DNA of 64,000 nucleotides, taken from positions 96,001 through 160,000 of the forward strand of contig CAWHCF010000002.1 of assembly GCA_963827655.1 (NCBI GenBank), given 5' to 3'. The translations under genes were made by a program, and so were the position numbers. The stretch comes from an uncultured Acidobacteriota bacterium. GTDB taxonomy: Bacteria; Acidobacteriota; UBA6911. The notes beneath the pieces were generated by a model. That model was not told the DNA's origin, did not search any database, and was given only the letters and a program-made list of their open reading frames with translations. Shown here piece after piece: positions 1-10,263 of the stretch (position 1 is the stretch's first letter; the number at the start of each line of letters is the position of its first letter).

Positions 1-936
1 GGCACGGATTCCATTGAGAATCAAGCTGCGAAGCTCCTTCCGCGAAAAGCCGAATGTTTTCGCGAGCAGCCGGTATTCTTCAGCCAGCGAGTTGCCGAAC
101 ATGGCGGGATCATCCGTGTTGATAGTCACGATGACGCCGCGATCGAAGAAGCGCCTCACCGGATGGTCCTCATAGGCGCGAACGACACCCGTCCGCAGAT
201 TGGAGATCGGGCACATCTCCAATGGGACCTGGTGATCGACGAGAAACTCCATCAGCGACTCGTCTTCTTCGGCCCGAGTCCCATGACCGATGCGGTCGAC
301 CTCCAGTTTTCGAATAGCTCCCCAGATGCTCTCGGCACCCGCGGCTTCGCCGGCATGTGCCGTTGTGCCGAAGCCGCGGCCCCGCGCTTCTGCGTACACC
401 GCCTCGAAGGGCTCGGGCGGGAACTTGTGTTCGGAACCGCCCATCCCGATCCCGATGACGCCGAGATCGCGCACTTCGCTGATCTCGGACAGGGTCCTGA
501 ACGCGCTTGCGGGCCCACTGTCGCGGACCAGATCGGCGATGAGAGCGACTTGAGTGCCGGACGCCTGAGACAGGCCGCGCCGAATCGCAAGCGTCAAGCC
601 CTGAGCCTCGAGACCCCTGACTTGGAAATCGGCCGGCGAGTAGAAGACTTCGGCGTAGCGAATATTCTGATCCGCGAGACGACGTGCCATGGCTGCGGAA
701 GCGAAAGTGAAATCTTCGTATTCACGCAGGAACTGATTCTTCCACACCCAGGTCTCGACGAATTGTCTGAAGTCGCGGTACTCGAAACGACGCCGAAGCG
801 ACTCCTGGTCGGGAAGCGAGGGATCTCCACCGTATTTACAGACGAGTTCCCACAAGGCTTCGTGTGGAATAGCCCCTTCAAGGTGCAAGTGGAGTTCCAC
901 CTTGGGAACTCGCTCGAACCAGCCCAGGCCCGACAA
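1..936 (-). CDS. add: Adenosine/adenine deaminase (3'-truncated by window edge)
   Basis: Absent from the ORF track because it runs off the window. Manual minus-strand translation gives PKVELHLHLEG, TAHAGE, RIGHG, LEMCPISN and NTDDPAMF. Putative TTG start at 936. Confidence 0.9.
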   Translation of the reverse strand, partial: MSGLGWFERVPKVELHLHLEGAIPHEALWELVCKYGGDPSLPDQESLRRRFEYRDFRQFVETWVWKNQFLREYEDFTFASAAMARRLADQNIRYAEVFYSPADFQVRGLEAQGLTLAIRRGLSQASGTQVALIADLVRDSGPASAFRTLSEISEVRDLGVIGIGMGGSEHKFPPEPFEAVYAEARGRGFGTTAHAGEAAGAESIWGAIRKLEVDRIGHGTRAEEDESLMEFLVDHQVPLEMCPISNLRTGVVRAYEDHPVRRFFDRGVIVTINTDDPAMFGNSLAEEYRLLAKTFGFSRKELRSLILNGIRA

Positions 937-1104
937 GGTAATGTGCCTCGAAGTTGCGTCCTCGCGTCTTCGTGGTTAGTTAAAAAGCCAAGATAGCATC
1001 GATTAGTAACTTAGTAACACGTCAGAAGCGGTCTTGAACTCAATACTGAGCGCGGCGTCAACACGGGCAGCTGGGGGCACCGAAAGATCATCCTGGGACT
1101 CAAG

Positions 1105-1205
1105 AATGACAAATGATAAATGACCAACGATAGATGACAAATTCCGGCGAGCAAGCAGCCCCGATTTATTGGTCATTTATCATTGGTCATTTGTCATTGA
1201 TCATT
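1105..1205. repeat. Inverted pair of heptamer tandem arrays (AATGACA-like / TGTCATT-like)
   Basis: aatgacaaatgataaatgacc at ~1105-1143 faces ggtcatttatcattggtcatttgtcatt at ~1164-1205. Confidence 0.8.
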
Positions 1206-1382
1206 CCCACAATGGTATTTCTTCGTGACCTTGTGGTAGATTCCACTTGCTCGAGGAAGATGCGTCGCGTTTCCTGGTGTCTTCGAGCCTTGGTGGTAGC
1301 AAAAACCAACCCCCTAAGACTCGAAGAAACGCCAGGCGCTAATCACCAAAAATCTGTTGCTAATCTAAATGTGAGGTAAGCC

Positions 1383-3017
1383 ATGCGAAAGAAATCCAGC
1401 CGTGCCTGGAGCCGGCGCGAACTCCTCGAGAGCGGAGGTCTGATTGCGGGCGCCACGCTCGCCGGCGGCGCGAGCGCTGCCGCCCGGCCTCGAGTCGAAC
1501 CCGAGTTGCGGATTGGAAAGGATATCTACAGTTCGATCGGGGTCAAGCCGGTGATCAATTGCCGTGGGACCTTCACGATTCTCAGTGGTTCCACCAGCCT
1601 CCCCGAAGTGAAGCGCGCGATGGAGGAGGCGTCCAGGCACTACGTGAACCTGGATGAGCTGATGGAAGGTGTCGGGCGCCGACTTGCGGAGTTGACCAAG
1701 GCCGAGTGGGGAATCGTCACCGCCGGCTGCTCAGCCGCCGAGACGCTGGCTACCTGCGCGTGCGTGGCGGGTACCAGCCCCGAAAAGATGCAGCGTATTC
1801 CGGACCTGCGCGGGATGAAGAACGAGGTGGTGATTCCACGCTACTCGCGCAACGTTTACGACCACGGGGTCCGGATGGCCGGAGTGAAGATGGTTACGGT
1901 GGATAACCTGGAGCAACTCGAGGCGGCACTGAATCCCCAGACCGCAATGATCTATATTCTGGCGTGCCCCGACGATACCGGACCTTTAGGTCTGCAACCT
2001 ATATCACAGGTCGCTCGCCGCAAAGGGGTCCCGGTCTTTGTGGATGCCGCTGCGGAAAACTTTACTCCGGAGGTGCACTTTTCACGGGGAGCCGACCTGG
2101 TGGCTTACAGCGGCGGCAAGGCGATTCGCGGGCCGCAGTGCGCCGGCCTGCTGCTCGGACGCAAAGATCTATGTCAGGCCGCCTGGCTCAACAGCGCGCC
2201 CCATCACGCGTTCGGCCGCTCTCTGAAAGTCGGCAAGGAAGAAATCATGGGCATGCTGGCGGCCGTGGAGATGTGGTACAAGCGGGACCATGCGGCCGAG
2301 TGGAAACAATGGGAAGGCTGGCTGGGGACGATCGCCGGCCAGGCAGGAAAAATTCAGGGAGTCACGACCGAGATCGTCAAACCCTCCGGGCTGTCGAACA
2401 ACACCCCACAGCTGCGCATCCGGTGGGACGGGGCGCGGTTGGGGATCAGCGGCAGGGAAACTTTCGACCTCCTCCTCAACCGAGACCCGCGGATCAACCT
2501 AGCGGGCTCGACCGGGACACGCCGCGATGGGCTCGAGACCAGCTCGGTCTCCGTAGTCCCCTGGATGATGCACCCGGGGGACGATAAAATCGTTGCCGGC
2601 CGGCTGCACGAAGTCCTTTCGAATCCCCCCAAGGTTGAAGTGACCCAAACGCCCGCGGCTCCTGCAGTCCAGATTTCGGGTCGCTGGAATGCGCGCCTCA
2701 AGTTTTCACTCGGCAACGATAACCACACCTTCTTCTTCGAGCAGCGTGCGGACGCTCTGGTCGGGACTCACCACGGCGAGATCGTCACCGGTTCATTGCG
2801 CGGCCGCGTCGAAGGCAACCAGATCGAGTTCCGCAGTTCGCAGCCCTACGAGGGTACCCGCCTGCAATTCGCCTTCACCGGACAGGTCGAAGGTGACTCT
2901 ATGAAAGGGACCGTCGAGATGGGCGAATATGGAGAAACGCGCTGGGAGGCACAGCGCCACTCTTACGATTCCCCTGGCCCGCGCGGGCGGGAAAGAAGAA
3001 CCGAAGGAAAAGAGTAG
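1383..3017 (+). CDS. SelA/DgaE-related PLP-dependent enzyme with Tat signal and C-terminal beta-rich extension
   Basis: SRRELL twin-arginine leader; VDAAAE; YSGGKAIRGPQ (PLP lysine); KVGKEE. Confidence 0.8.
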   Translation: MRKKSSRAWSRRELLESGGLIAGATLAGGASAAARPRVEPELRIGKDIYSSIGVKPVINCRGTFTILSGSTSLPEVKRAMEEASRHYVNLDELMEGVGRRLAELTKAEWGIVTAGCSAAETLATCACVAGTSPEKMQRIPDLRGMKNEVVIPRYSRNVYDHGVRMAGVKMVTVDNLEQLEAALNPQTAMIYILACPDDTGPLGLQPISQVARRKGVPVFVDAAAENFTPEVHFSRGADLVAYSGGKAIRGPQCAGLLLGRKDLCQAAWLNSAPHHAFGRSLKVGKEEIMGMLAAVEMWYKRDHAAEWKQWEGWLGTIAGQAGKIQGVTTEIVKPSGLSNNTPQLRIRWDGARLGISGRETFDLLLNRDPRINLAGSTGTRRDGLETSSVSVVPWMMHPGDDKIVAGRLHEVLSNPPKVEVTQTPAAPAVQISGRWNARLKFSLGNDNHTFFFEQRADALVGTHHGEIVTGSLRGRVEGNQIEFRSSQPYEGTRLQFAFTGQVEGDSMKGTVEMGEYGETRWEAQRHSYDSPGPRGRERRTEGKE

Positions 3018-3196
3018 CGGCGCTCGGACGCCCGCCGCTTGGAGTTTGGCGAAGCTTGCTTCGCCCGTGCCGGGCAAACAAGCGTGCGCTGTCTCTGCGC
3101 TCTCTCGGTCACAACCTGCTACGCTTCCTGGCTGTCGCCTCCGCGACTGCTCAGAATATTGTTGTGAGCCATCGTCCTCGCCAGTGAGGCTCGGCC

Positions 3197-4819
3197 TTAG
3201 CGCCGCAGGAATGCCCTCGCATTCTGCAGTTCCAGCCTGGCTGAATCGGCGTCGGCGCAAAGCTCGATCAGTTCCGTGTAACGCTGTTTCGCCTTCTTTG
3301 GGTTGCCTGACAGCTCGGCCGCGCGCGCAGCGCCGAATGTCGCATTGAACCGCTTCGGCAAATTGCGGAGTGTAGTTTCAAATTCCGGCAATGCTCGCGC
3401 CGGCTGGTCGAGTTCCAGGAAGAGATCTCCCAGCAGCTCTCGCGCCGGAAGGACCGCTCCGGGCGTGACTGGATGTTTTTCTGTCGTGTCTTCCAGCTCA
3501 GCAGCCGAGCGCATCAGCCGGACTGCCTCCTCGTTGTTTCCTTCCGCGTGCGCCACCCAGGCAGAAGCTGCCAGCCGCTGCATTTCCACTTGCGCGCTCC
3601 AGTCGTAGTTCCCGTCGGCGTGCTCCAGCGCTTTCCGGACGGACTGGAGTTTTTCGGTTTCGATGCGGGCGGCCGCGGGATCACCGCTCCGGGCCGATCC
3701 GATCGCGCGCGCAAAATAGGTAATCGCCTCGGCGTAGCGAAAACGGTCCCAGGGAAACGTGGCGGGACGCACCTGGAGCGCCGCTGCTTCCGACCAGCGG
3801 CGTCTTTCCAGCGCGTAGCGCGCGGGAATCGCGGCAAACGCGTAAGCCGCCTGGAACACCTCCGCGTCAACTTTGGAGATTGCCGCCGTTTCCTCAACCA
3901 CTCGTCTTGCCTTCGCATCCTGGGACCCCTGCAGGTAGGCGTACACGAGGTAGTCCATGGCGTGAAGCTGATCTTGCGAGGCGGCGCCCGGATGCGTGCG
4001 GGCCACGTGATTCTTCGCGGCTGCCGCTGAGGCCAGATTCGATTGGATGGAGTCCTGCCAGAGCCCGAGGCGAGTGAAAATGTGCGACGGCATGTGGAGG
4101 GCATGCGGACTGGCGGGCGCAATGCTCGCGTAGCTGCGAGCGGCAGCCAGGGCGAGAGCGGCAAGCGGCGGCGAGTCGTAGCTGTGAATCACGTAGTGGA
4201 CGATGCCTGGGTGGTTCGGCTGCTCCCGCAGGATGCGGGTCAGAATCGCGGCGGCCTGCTTCTGGTTGGCGTAAGTCTTGTCGGTTGCCGGCGCGGTGCC
4301 GATCAAAGCCAGCGCGAAGAAGATCGCGGCCTCTCGATCCTGTGGATAGCGCGCAGCCAGCCGCTCCATCGCCTCGCGCCAGGCGCGGGCACGCTCCTGG
4401 TGAGGGACTCGGTCCGAGTCCTTGTAGTAGACTTCGAGCGCCGCGATGTAGTCGCGCTCGCGCTGGGTTCTGGCGCCTATGGACTTCGCTTTCTCAATCG
4501 CGCCGGCACCGTTTCTCAGCTCGGCGGGGTTCGGTGGAGCCCAGATGGGGTGATAAAGACTCATGGCGATCCCCCAGTAACCCATGGCGCAGCTCGGGTC
4601 CACGCGGGTTACTTCGGAGAAGGTCTTTTCGGCTTCGTCATACCAGAAGGAATGCAGCATCGTGATCGCATCATTGAAGGTCTTCTGGGCTCCCGTCGAG
4701 CATGACACCGGGAAATGAACCGAGCCGAGCTTCCCGTGATGGTCATGTTGGCCGTCATCGCCGAGCATGTTGGAGCAGAGGAAAATCACCGCAACGGCCA
4801 CAACCAGAATCCTTGCCAT
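3197..4819 (-). CDS. Exported TPR-like helical repeat protein
   Basis: Signal peptide; LGSVHFPVSC, LHSFWY, HYVIHSYD and HALHMPSHIFTRLGLW motifs; all-helical Ala-rich repeats. Confidence 0.75.
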   Translation of the reverse strand: MARILVVAVAVIFLCSNMLGDDGQHDHHGKLGSVHFPVSCSTGAQKTFNDAITMLHSFWYDEAEKTFSEVTRVDPSCAMGYWGIAMSLYHPIWAPPNPAELRNGAGAIEKAKSIGARTQRERDYIAALEVYYKDSDRVPHQERARAWREAMERLAARYPQDREAAIFFALALIGTAPATDKTYANQKQAAAILTRILREQPNHPGIVHYVIHSYDSPPLAALALAAARSYASIAPASPHALHMPSHIFTRLGLWQDSIQSNLASAAAAKNHVARTHPGAASQDQLHAMDYLVYAYLQGSQDAKARRVVEETAAISKVDAEVFQAAYAFAAIPARYALERRRWSEAAALQVRPATFPWDRFRYAEAITYFARAIGSARSGDPAAARIETEKLQSVRKALEHADGNYDWSAQVEMQRLAASAWVAHAEGNNEEAVRLMRSAAELEDTTEKHPVTPGAVLPARELLGDLFLELDQPARALPEFETTLRNLPKRFNATFGAARAAELSGNPKKAKQRYTELIELCADADSARLELQNARAFLRR

Positions 4820-4869
4820 CTAAATACCTCGAAAAATGATCCGGCAGTGAATAGCCCCGCCCGTCGAAA

Positions 4870-5095
4870 GCTGTGAAAAAATTCAGCGAACGGCTCTCGA
4901 TTGACCGGCAGCCCCTCTTGGCTTTTGTGGCGCGGGTCATTAGAGCCGTTGCAACTGTCGCCAGCTGATGTGCACGGGTTATCCATTCCGGCATCACGTT
5001 AATGACATCATAAGAACGTCTTAGGCTAGAAGCTCACGGCTCATCCTTACTGCGCGGGTCTGAAGACCCGCGCCACAGACGAATTTTTTCACAGC
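4870..5095. mobile_element. MITE-like element with perfect 15-bp terminal inverted repeats
   Basis: GCTGTGAAAAAATTC (4870-4884) and GAATTTTTTCACAGC (5081-5095); internal hairpin gcgcgggtctgaagacccgcgc; no transposase. Confidence 0.55.
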
Positions 5096-5194
5096 CTCTC
5101 AGGGCGGGGGACTGGCAGACCCGAGTCCGAGGTCCGAAGGACCGGCACTCTGACCGTGCCGCACCTTCGGCGCTCTTCTTAACGCACACCCAAT

Positions 5195-5245
5195 CCCGGC
5201 CTTACGGCCGGGCCTACTCTCTGTCGGCCTTTCAGGCCTCAACTG
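5195..5245. repeat. REP-like double hairpin
   Basis: cccggccttacggccggg plus ggcctttcaggcc. A reverse-complement partial copy lies at ~10292-10323 (gaggcctgaaaggccgacagagagtagg), with fragments at ~50044 and ~50260. Confidence 0.65.
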
Positions 5246-5333
5246 CTTCAGAATACGTTAGCGGAATTGCAAACAGCACGACTTAATTTCCCTTTGAATG
5301 CCAGGCCAGCGTGCGAATTCGCTCGCGCCAAGT

Positions 5334-6638
5334 TTATCGCTCCCCGAGCGGTCGAAGGTAATTCTTGAAAACCCATTGAGCAACCCGCGCCCCCTGCGAT
5401 CGGCCGTGCGTATCGGCAGTACGGAAGTGAATCCCGGTGAAGACCCGGGCATCGACGACCTCTTCCACGGCGGTCGAAAAGCGGCTGAACACACGCGTCG
5501 GCCGTAATGCCAGCGGATATGCAGTAGTAATCGAGAAGGTGACTCGATCCGTCCCAAAGAATTGGGTCAGTGCTTCGGCCGCCGCGCTCGAACTCGTGGA
5601 GTGGCCTGAAGTGTATTCCGGAAAATTCGGCGTGTTAATCAATGGCTCCCACGTCGGGTCGCCAGCAGTGTCGGGGTTCCCATCGCTGTCTCCCTCCTGA
5701 ATGGCGGTCACGGGCCGCCAGAAGACGTAAAAATACTTGGTCTCCCAGCAAGCAATCTGAGCGTCCGCCGAAGCGAGGTCAACCAGCGCAAACATGCGTG
5801 CGCTGTCTCCGATGTTATCGATGTACCTGCTGGCAATGTTTCGCAGGGCTCTCTGCCACAGAACTGGACCGCTGTCAGCCCAGAAGTACCCGATCTCCGT
5901 CTGCTCTGGCGTCCGCCCGCTGTTGAACCTGGCGCCCAGCTCTTTCACCTCGTTGTAGTCCTCGGTATACAAAGCGCTTGAGAGATCGGGCGGGCCCTCG
6001 GCTCGGAACTGGGAGTTGCGTCTCATTGTAAAAGGAGTAACGTTCGCCACCCAAGGCGTGAGACCCGGAGCTAACGAAGCCGGCGGGCCGGGAATGTACG
6101 AGGCGGTCGGCCTCCAGACGCCGGCAGCCGTTCCACCCATGAACGGTGGCTGGCCCGCAGGAAACCGGCCGTCATTCGACCGCAAGCTAATGATACCCGC
6201 GGCGGCCTGTTGTCCCACCGTGATGCCGGGATCTTGTGGCGAGATCCCATGATTAGCGAGATAGTAGCTAAACGTGGTCGTCAAGCGCGCACTTTGTGCC
6301 GGAAAGAGGTAGACCAGAACATCGTATGCCGCCTTGGCTGCCGCAGCCTCAGGTGAACCGGACGCTCTTGGGATCACCACATGATACGGCTCATAGCGAC
6401 GATCGAGTGAAATAACGGCATCATAGATAGCCACGTGAACAATGGCGAAGTCGAGAGACGCGACTACCGACGGATGTCCGCCAAACGTTACCGCTTGTTC
6501 GGCAATAGCATTCCAATCCGAAACAGTGTCGGCGTACGCGCCAGACCAGCCCGCCACTAAAAGCGTAGCCAGGAACAGGACTCCTGTTCTCAGTTTTACT
6601 GGTCCGACGCCCTTATAGTATCTGTTGCTCTTTTCCAT
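5334..6638 (-). CDS. Exported vanadium-dependent haloperoxidase / PAP2-superfamily phosphatase
   Basis: KYFYVFWRP, EYTSGHS and RVFTGIHF match the three PAP2/VHPO motifs. Signal peptide; start placed at the Met after a GGAGG RBS. Confidence 0.85.
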   Translation of the reverse strand: MEKSNRYYKGVGPVKLRTGVLFLATLLVAGWSGAYADTVSDWNAIAEQAVTFGGHPSVVASLDFAIVHVAIYDAVISLDRRYEPYHVVIPRASGSPEAAAAKAAYDVLVYLFPAQSARLTTTFSYYLANHGISPQDPGITVGQQAAAGIISLRSNDGRFPAGQPPFMGGTAAGVWRPTASYIPGPPASLAPGLTPWVANVTPFTMRRNSQFRAEGPPDLSSALYTEDYNEVKELGARFNSGRTPEQTEIGYFWADSGPVLWQRALRNIASRYIDNIGDSARMFALVDLASADAQIACWETKYFYVFWRPVTAIQEGDSDGNPDTAGDPTWEPLINTPNFPEYTSGHSTSSSAAAEALTQFFGTDRVTFSITTAYPLALRPTRVFSRFSTAVEEVVDARVFTGIHFRTADTHGRSQGARVAQWVFKNYLRPLGER

Positions 6639-6974
6639 GAATCCTCCCTTTTTCCTATCCGCGAGACCAACCGGACAGAAGCGGCTCACAGCCGTTCCCC
6701 TGTTGACAGGACCTCGATTGCTCCAAGGCCAGGGCGCCGATCTGAGCGGCCGCCTTTCTGTCCGGTCAGGACTGATCCTGCAACCACTGATTCGCCGACA
6801 TCGATTCGCGCCACTCAAAGGCGAATCTTTGTCGCACTCATCTCGTAAGGCGGGAATTTCGTCGGAATCGGTCCACTCAATGGCAATTTTTCTTCGCGCG
6901 AGGCCTTCTGGCGAAGCGAATCGGGTGTTAGAATTGGCCGCCTACGCGTCAATCTGATCAAGGGACCGGGTTAG

Positions 6975-7556
6975 ATGAGTGTGCCCTCGCCAGGGAAGGT
7001 GAGTCAGTTGCTCGTGGAGTGGAGCGCGGGGGATAAGGCGGCGCTCGACAAGCTCATGCCGCTGGTCTATGACGAATTGCACCGAATGGCCCATCGTTAC
7101 ATGCGAGGGGAACGTCCTGGCCATAGCCTTCAAACCTCGGCTGTAATCAACGAGGCATATCTCCGGCTCGTTGATTACACGAAAATGCGCTGGCAGAACC
7201 GAGCCCACTTCTTCGCGGTCGCCGCGCAACTGATGCGTCGAATCCTGGTCGATCACGCTCGAAGCCTGCACTATGCCAAGCGAGGGCAAGGGGCAGTCAA
7301 AGTGCCACTCGAGGAAGCGATCGTATCACAGGAGCCGGCAACGGACATGGTTGCGCTCGACGACGCGCTGATTAATCTGGCGACATTGGATCCGCGCAAG
7401 AGTCAGATTGTTGAACTGCGCTACTTCGGCGGACTCAGCATCGAGGAAACAGCTGAAGTCTTGGGGCTTTCGCCCACTACCGTTAAACGCGAGTGGCGCG
7501 GGGCAAAAGCCTGGCTGCACAGGGCCATCACCGGTGGTGAGAGTAATGAAGCTTGA
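6975..7556 (+). CDS. ECF sigma-70 factor, TIGR02999-like
   Basis: LMPLVYDELHRMA, LQTSAVINEAYLRL, WQNRAHFFAVAAQLMRRILVDHAR, VELRYFGGLSIEETA. Confidence 0.92.
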   Translation: MSVPSPGKVSQLLVEWSAGDKAALDKLMPLVYDELHRMAHRYMRGERPGHSLQTSAVINEAYLRLVDYTKMRWQNRAHFFAVAAQLMRRILVDHARSLHYAKRGQGAVKVPLEEAIVSQEPATDMVALDDALINLATLDPRKSQIVELRYFGGLSIEETAEVLGLSPTTVKREWRGAKAWLHRAITGGESNEA

Positions 7557-10263
7557 ACGCTGGCAGCAAATCGATGAGCTGTTTCAAGCCGCGCTGGAGC
7601 GTGAGCCCGCCGAGCGGGCGGCCTACCTGGATGAAGCGTGCGGTGGCGACCAGGCGCTGAGAAAAGAGGTTGAGTCTCTGCTGAAGTCCGACGAACAAGC
7701 CGAGAGGTTCATCGAAACGCCCGCGTTTAAGGAAGCATCCCATTTCCTCGCAGACCATCAACCTGAGTCGATGGTGGGGCGGGCAATGGGTCCTTACGAG
7801 ATTGTGGCCCTGCTCGGCGCGGGCGGGATGGGTGAGGTCTATCTAGCACAAGATGCGAGACTGAACCGCCGCGTAGCTCTCAAGCTGCTGCCGGCCTGCT
7901 TCACAAGAGATGACGAGCGGTCGCGACGATTTGAACAGGAAGCTCGTGCGGCTTCGGCACTCAATCATCCAAACATTGTCACCATCTATGAGATCGGCCA
8001 ATCGGATGGAACACAATTCATAACCACTGAGTTTATCGACGGCGTCACGCTGCGTTCGCGTATCACGGCAGGAAGAATAGAGCTGAGCGAGGCGCTGGAC
8101 ATAGCATTACAAGTAGCGAGCGCGTTGGCAGCAGCACATCAAGCTGGGGTAGTACACCGAGACATAAAGCCGGAGAACGTCATGCTGCGGCGTGACGGAT
8201 ACGTCAAAGTTCTCGACTTCGGGCTGGCAAAGCACACCGTGCCTCGAGGGATCCCAACAGATACAGGATCGCCAACCGCGCCTGAAGTAAAAACCAGCGC
8301 CGGCGTGGTGATGGGCACAACCAATTACATGTCGCCTGAGCAAGCGCGGGGGCTTGTCGTAGATCAACGAACCGATATATTCAGCCTAGGCGTCGTTATC
8401 TACGAGATGATCACAGGGCGCTTACCATTTGAGGGCGAAACCAACAGCGATGTAATCGCTTCGATACTGCATCATGAGCCGCCGCCGCTTGCGCGGTACT
8501 CAAGAGAAGCGCCGGAAGCGCTTGAGCGGATTGTGACCAAGGCGCTGCGTAAAAGTAGAGAGGAGCGGTATCAAACCGGAAAGGAATTGGTCTCCGATCT
8601 CAGGAGCCTCAAGCAGCGACTGGAGAGTCAGGTTGAACCGGAGCGTTCCATACCGCCAGGATCGAGCAACGAACCGACGATTGACAGGACCGCCGGGCGA
8701 CCGATGGCTGATGCCCGCGAGCGGCACGCCCAGGCAGGCGATGTAGCAGCACGCAAGACGTCAAGCGTGGTAGCGCGTCACAAGTTTGCCTTCGCCGCAG
8801 CCGCTTTCCTCGTCGCCACAGTCATCGGCTTGAATCTGCCCCAGATTCGCGATCGGCTCGCTAGTCCAGGCGCTCCCGCCCCAATCCGGTCTTTGGCGGT
8901 GCTCCCACTCGTCAACCTTTCCGGGGATCCTGGACAGGACCACTTCGCCGACGGGATGACCGACGCTTTGATCGCGCATTTGTGTCAGATCAGAACGTTG
9001 CGCGTCATCTCCCTTACCTCCTCGATGTCGTACAAGGGAACAAAGAAATCGGTACCAGAGATCGCGGGTGAGTTGGACGTCGACGCGGTGGTCGAAGGCT
9101 CCCTGCTGCGTTCCGGAGACTCGGTGCGAATCACGGCCAGAATGATCCAGGCGGCTACCGATAAGCCCCTCTGGGGTCAGACCTATGAACGTGATTTTCG
9201 CAATGTGCTAGCCTTGCTGAGCGAAGTAGCGAGGGCCATTGCCGGCGAGATTAGCGTCACTGTTACACCCCAAACGCAGGCGCGCCTTGCCAGCGTCCGT
9301 CCTTCCAACCCCGAGGCCTTTATTGCGTATAGCAGAGGCCGCCATTTCTGGAACCAGAGGACGGAAGAGGGCCTGAGGAAAGCAATCGAGTACTTCAAGG
9401 AGGCTATTCACAAAGATCCTGGTTACGCCCTGGCCTACGACGGGCTGGCTGACTGCTGGCTTCCCCAGGCCTGGTACGCATATCTCCCCGCCAGGGAAGC
9501 CTTTCCCCGGGCAAAGGAGGCGGTAACGAAGGCCCTCGAGCTCGACGATTCGCTGGCTGAGGCTCACACCACCCAGGCATTCATCAACCTGTATTACGAC
9601 TGGGACTGGGCAGCGGCAGAACGAGGATTCCGGCGAGCCATCGATCTGAATCCCAACTACCCCAATGCTCATCATTGGTACGCCGAATATCTATCGTTGG
9701 CCGGCAGGCAGGACCAGGCCATCGCGGAGTCCGAACTCGCCCGAGAGCTCGATCCCAACTCGAGTATCATCAACTCATGGCTAGGATGGCGCTACCATTT
9801 TGTCGGTCAGTACGATAAGGCTGTCGGACAAATCCGTGTCACGCTTGAAATGGACCCCAACTTCGTCCCCGGACGCCTTGTCCTCGGGCAGGCCTACATT
9901 CAGAAGGGCATGCTCAAGGAAGCCATTGCCGAGTTGGAAACGGCGGCAACGCTCTCCGGGGGCAGCCCAGTCTATGTTGCTTCGCTCGCGCACGCCTTCG
10001 CTGTTGCCGGCAGAAAGCAGCAGGCGCTGAAACTGCTGGATGATTTGAAAGAGTTATCAGGCCGAAGATTTGTGTCGTCCTATGACATGGCGTTAGCCGT
10101 TTCCGGCCTTGGTAACAAGGATCAGACGCTGGCATGGCTCCAGAAGGCCGTAGAGGAGCGGTCTCCTCGAGTGCTTTTCGTGAAGCTAGAGCCAAGATTT
10201 AATGCCCTACGTTCCGATTCCCGCTTTCACGATCTGGTAACCCGCATCGGCTTCCCACACTAA
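7546..10263 (+). CDS. Hanks-type Ser/Thr kinase with TM segment, TolB-N-like domain and TPRs
   Basis: GAGGMGEVY, VALK, HRDIKPEN, DFGLAK, YMSPEQ; SLAVLPLVNLSGDP domain; TPRs. Start MKLERWQQ overlaps the ECF 3' end. Confidence 0.92.
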   Translation: MKLERWQQIDELFQAALEREPAERAAYLDEACGGDQALRKEVESLLKSDEQAERFIETPAFKEASHFLADHQPESMVGRAMGPYEIVALLGAGGMGEVYLAQDARLNRRVALKLLPACFTRDDERSRRFEQEARAASALNHPNIVTIYEIGQSDGTQFITTEFIDGVTLRSRITAGRIELSEALDIALQVASALAAAHQAGVVHRDIKPENVMLRRDGYVKVLDFGLAKHTVPRGIPTDTGSPTAPEVKTSAGVVMGTTNYMSPEQARGLVVDQRTDIFSLGVVIYEMITGRLPFEGETNSDVIASILHHEPPPLARYSREAPEALERIVTKALRKSREERYQTGKELVSDLRSLKQRLESQVEPERSIPPGSSNEPTIDRTAGRPMADARERHAQAGDVAARKTSSVVARHKFAFAAAAFLVATVIGLNLPQIRDRLASPGAPAPIRSLAVLPLVNLSGDPGQDHFADGMTDALIAHLCQIRTLRVISLTSSMSYKGTKKSVPEIAGELDVDAVVEGSLLRSGDSVRITARMIQAATDKPLWGQTYERDFRNVLALLSEVARAIAGEISVTVTPQTQARLASVRPSNPEAFIAYSRGRHFWNQRTEEGLRKAIEYFKEAIHKDPGYALAYDGLADCWLPQAWYAYLPAREAFPRAKEAVTKALELDDSLAEAHTTQAFINLYYDWDWAAAERGFRRAIDLNPNYPNAHHWYAEYLSLAGRQDQAIAESELARELDPNSSIINSWLGWRYHFVGQYDKAVGQIRVTLEMDPNFVPGRLVLGQAYIQKGMLKEAIAELETAATLSGGSPVYVASLAHAFAVAGRKQQALKLLDDLKELSGRRFVSSYDMALAVSGLGNKDQTLAWLQKAVEERSPRVLFVKLEPRFNALRSDSRFHDLVTRIGFPH

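Noticed and set aside
1383-3017. True selenocysteine synthase selA
   Set aside because: It has a Tat-like leader and DgaE-like motifs, and no selB/selC/selD is nearby.
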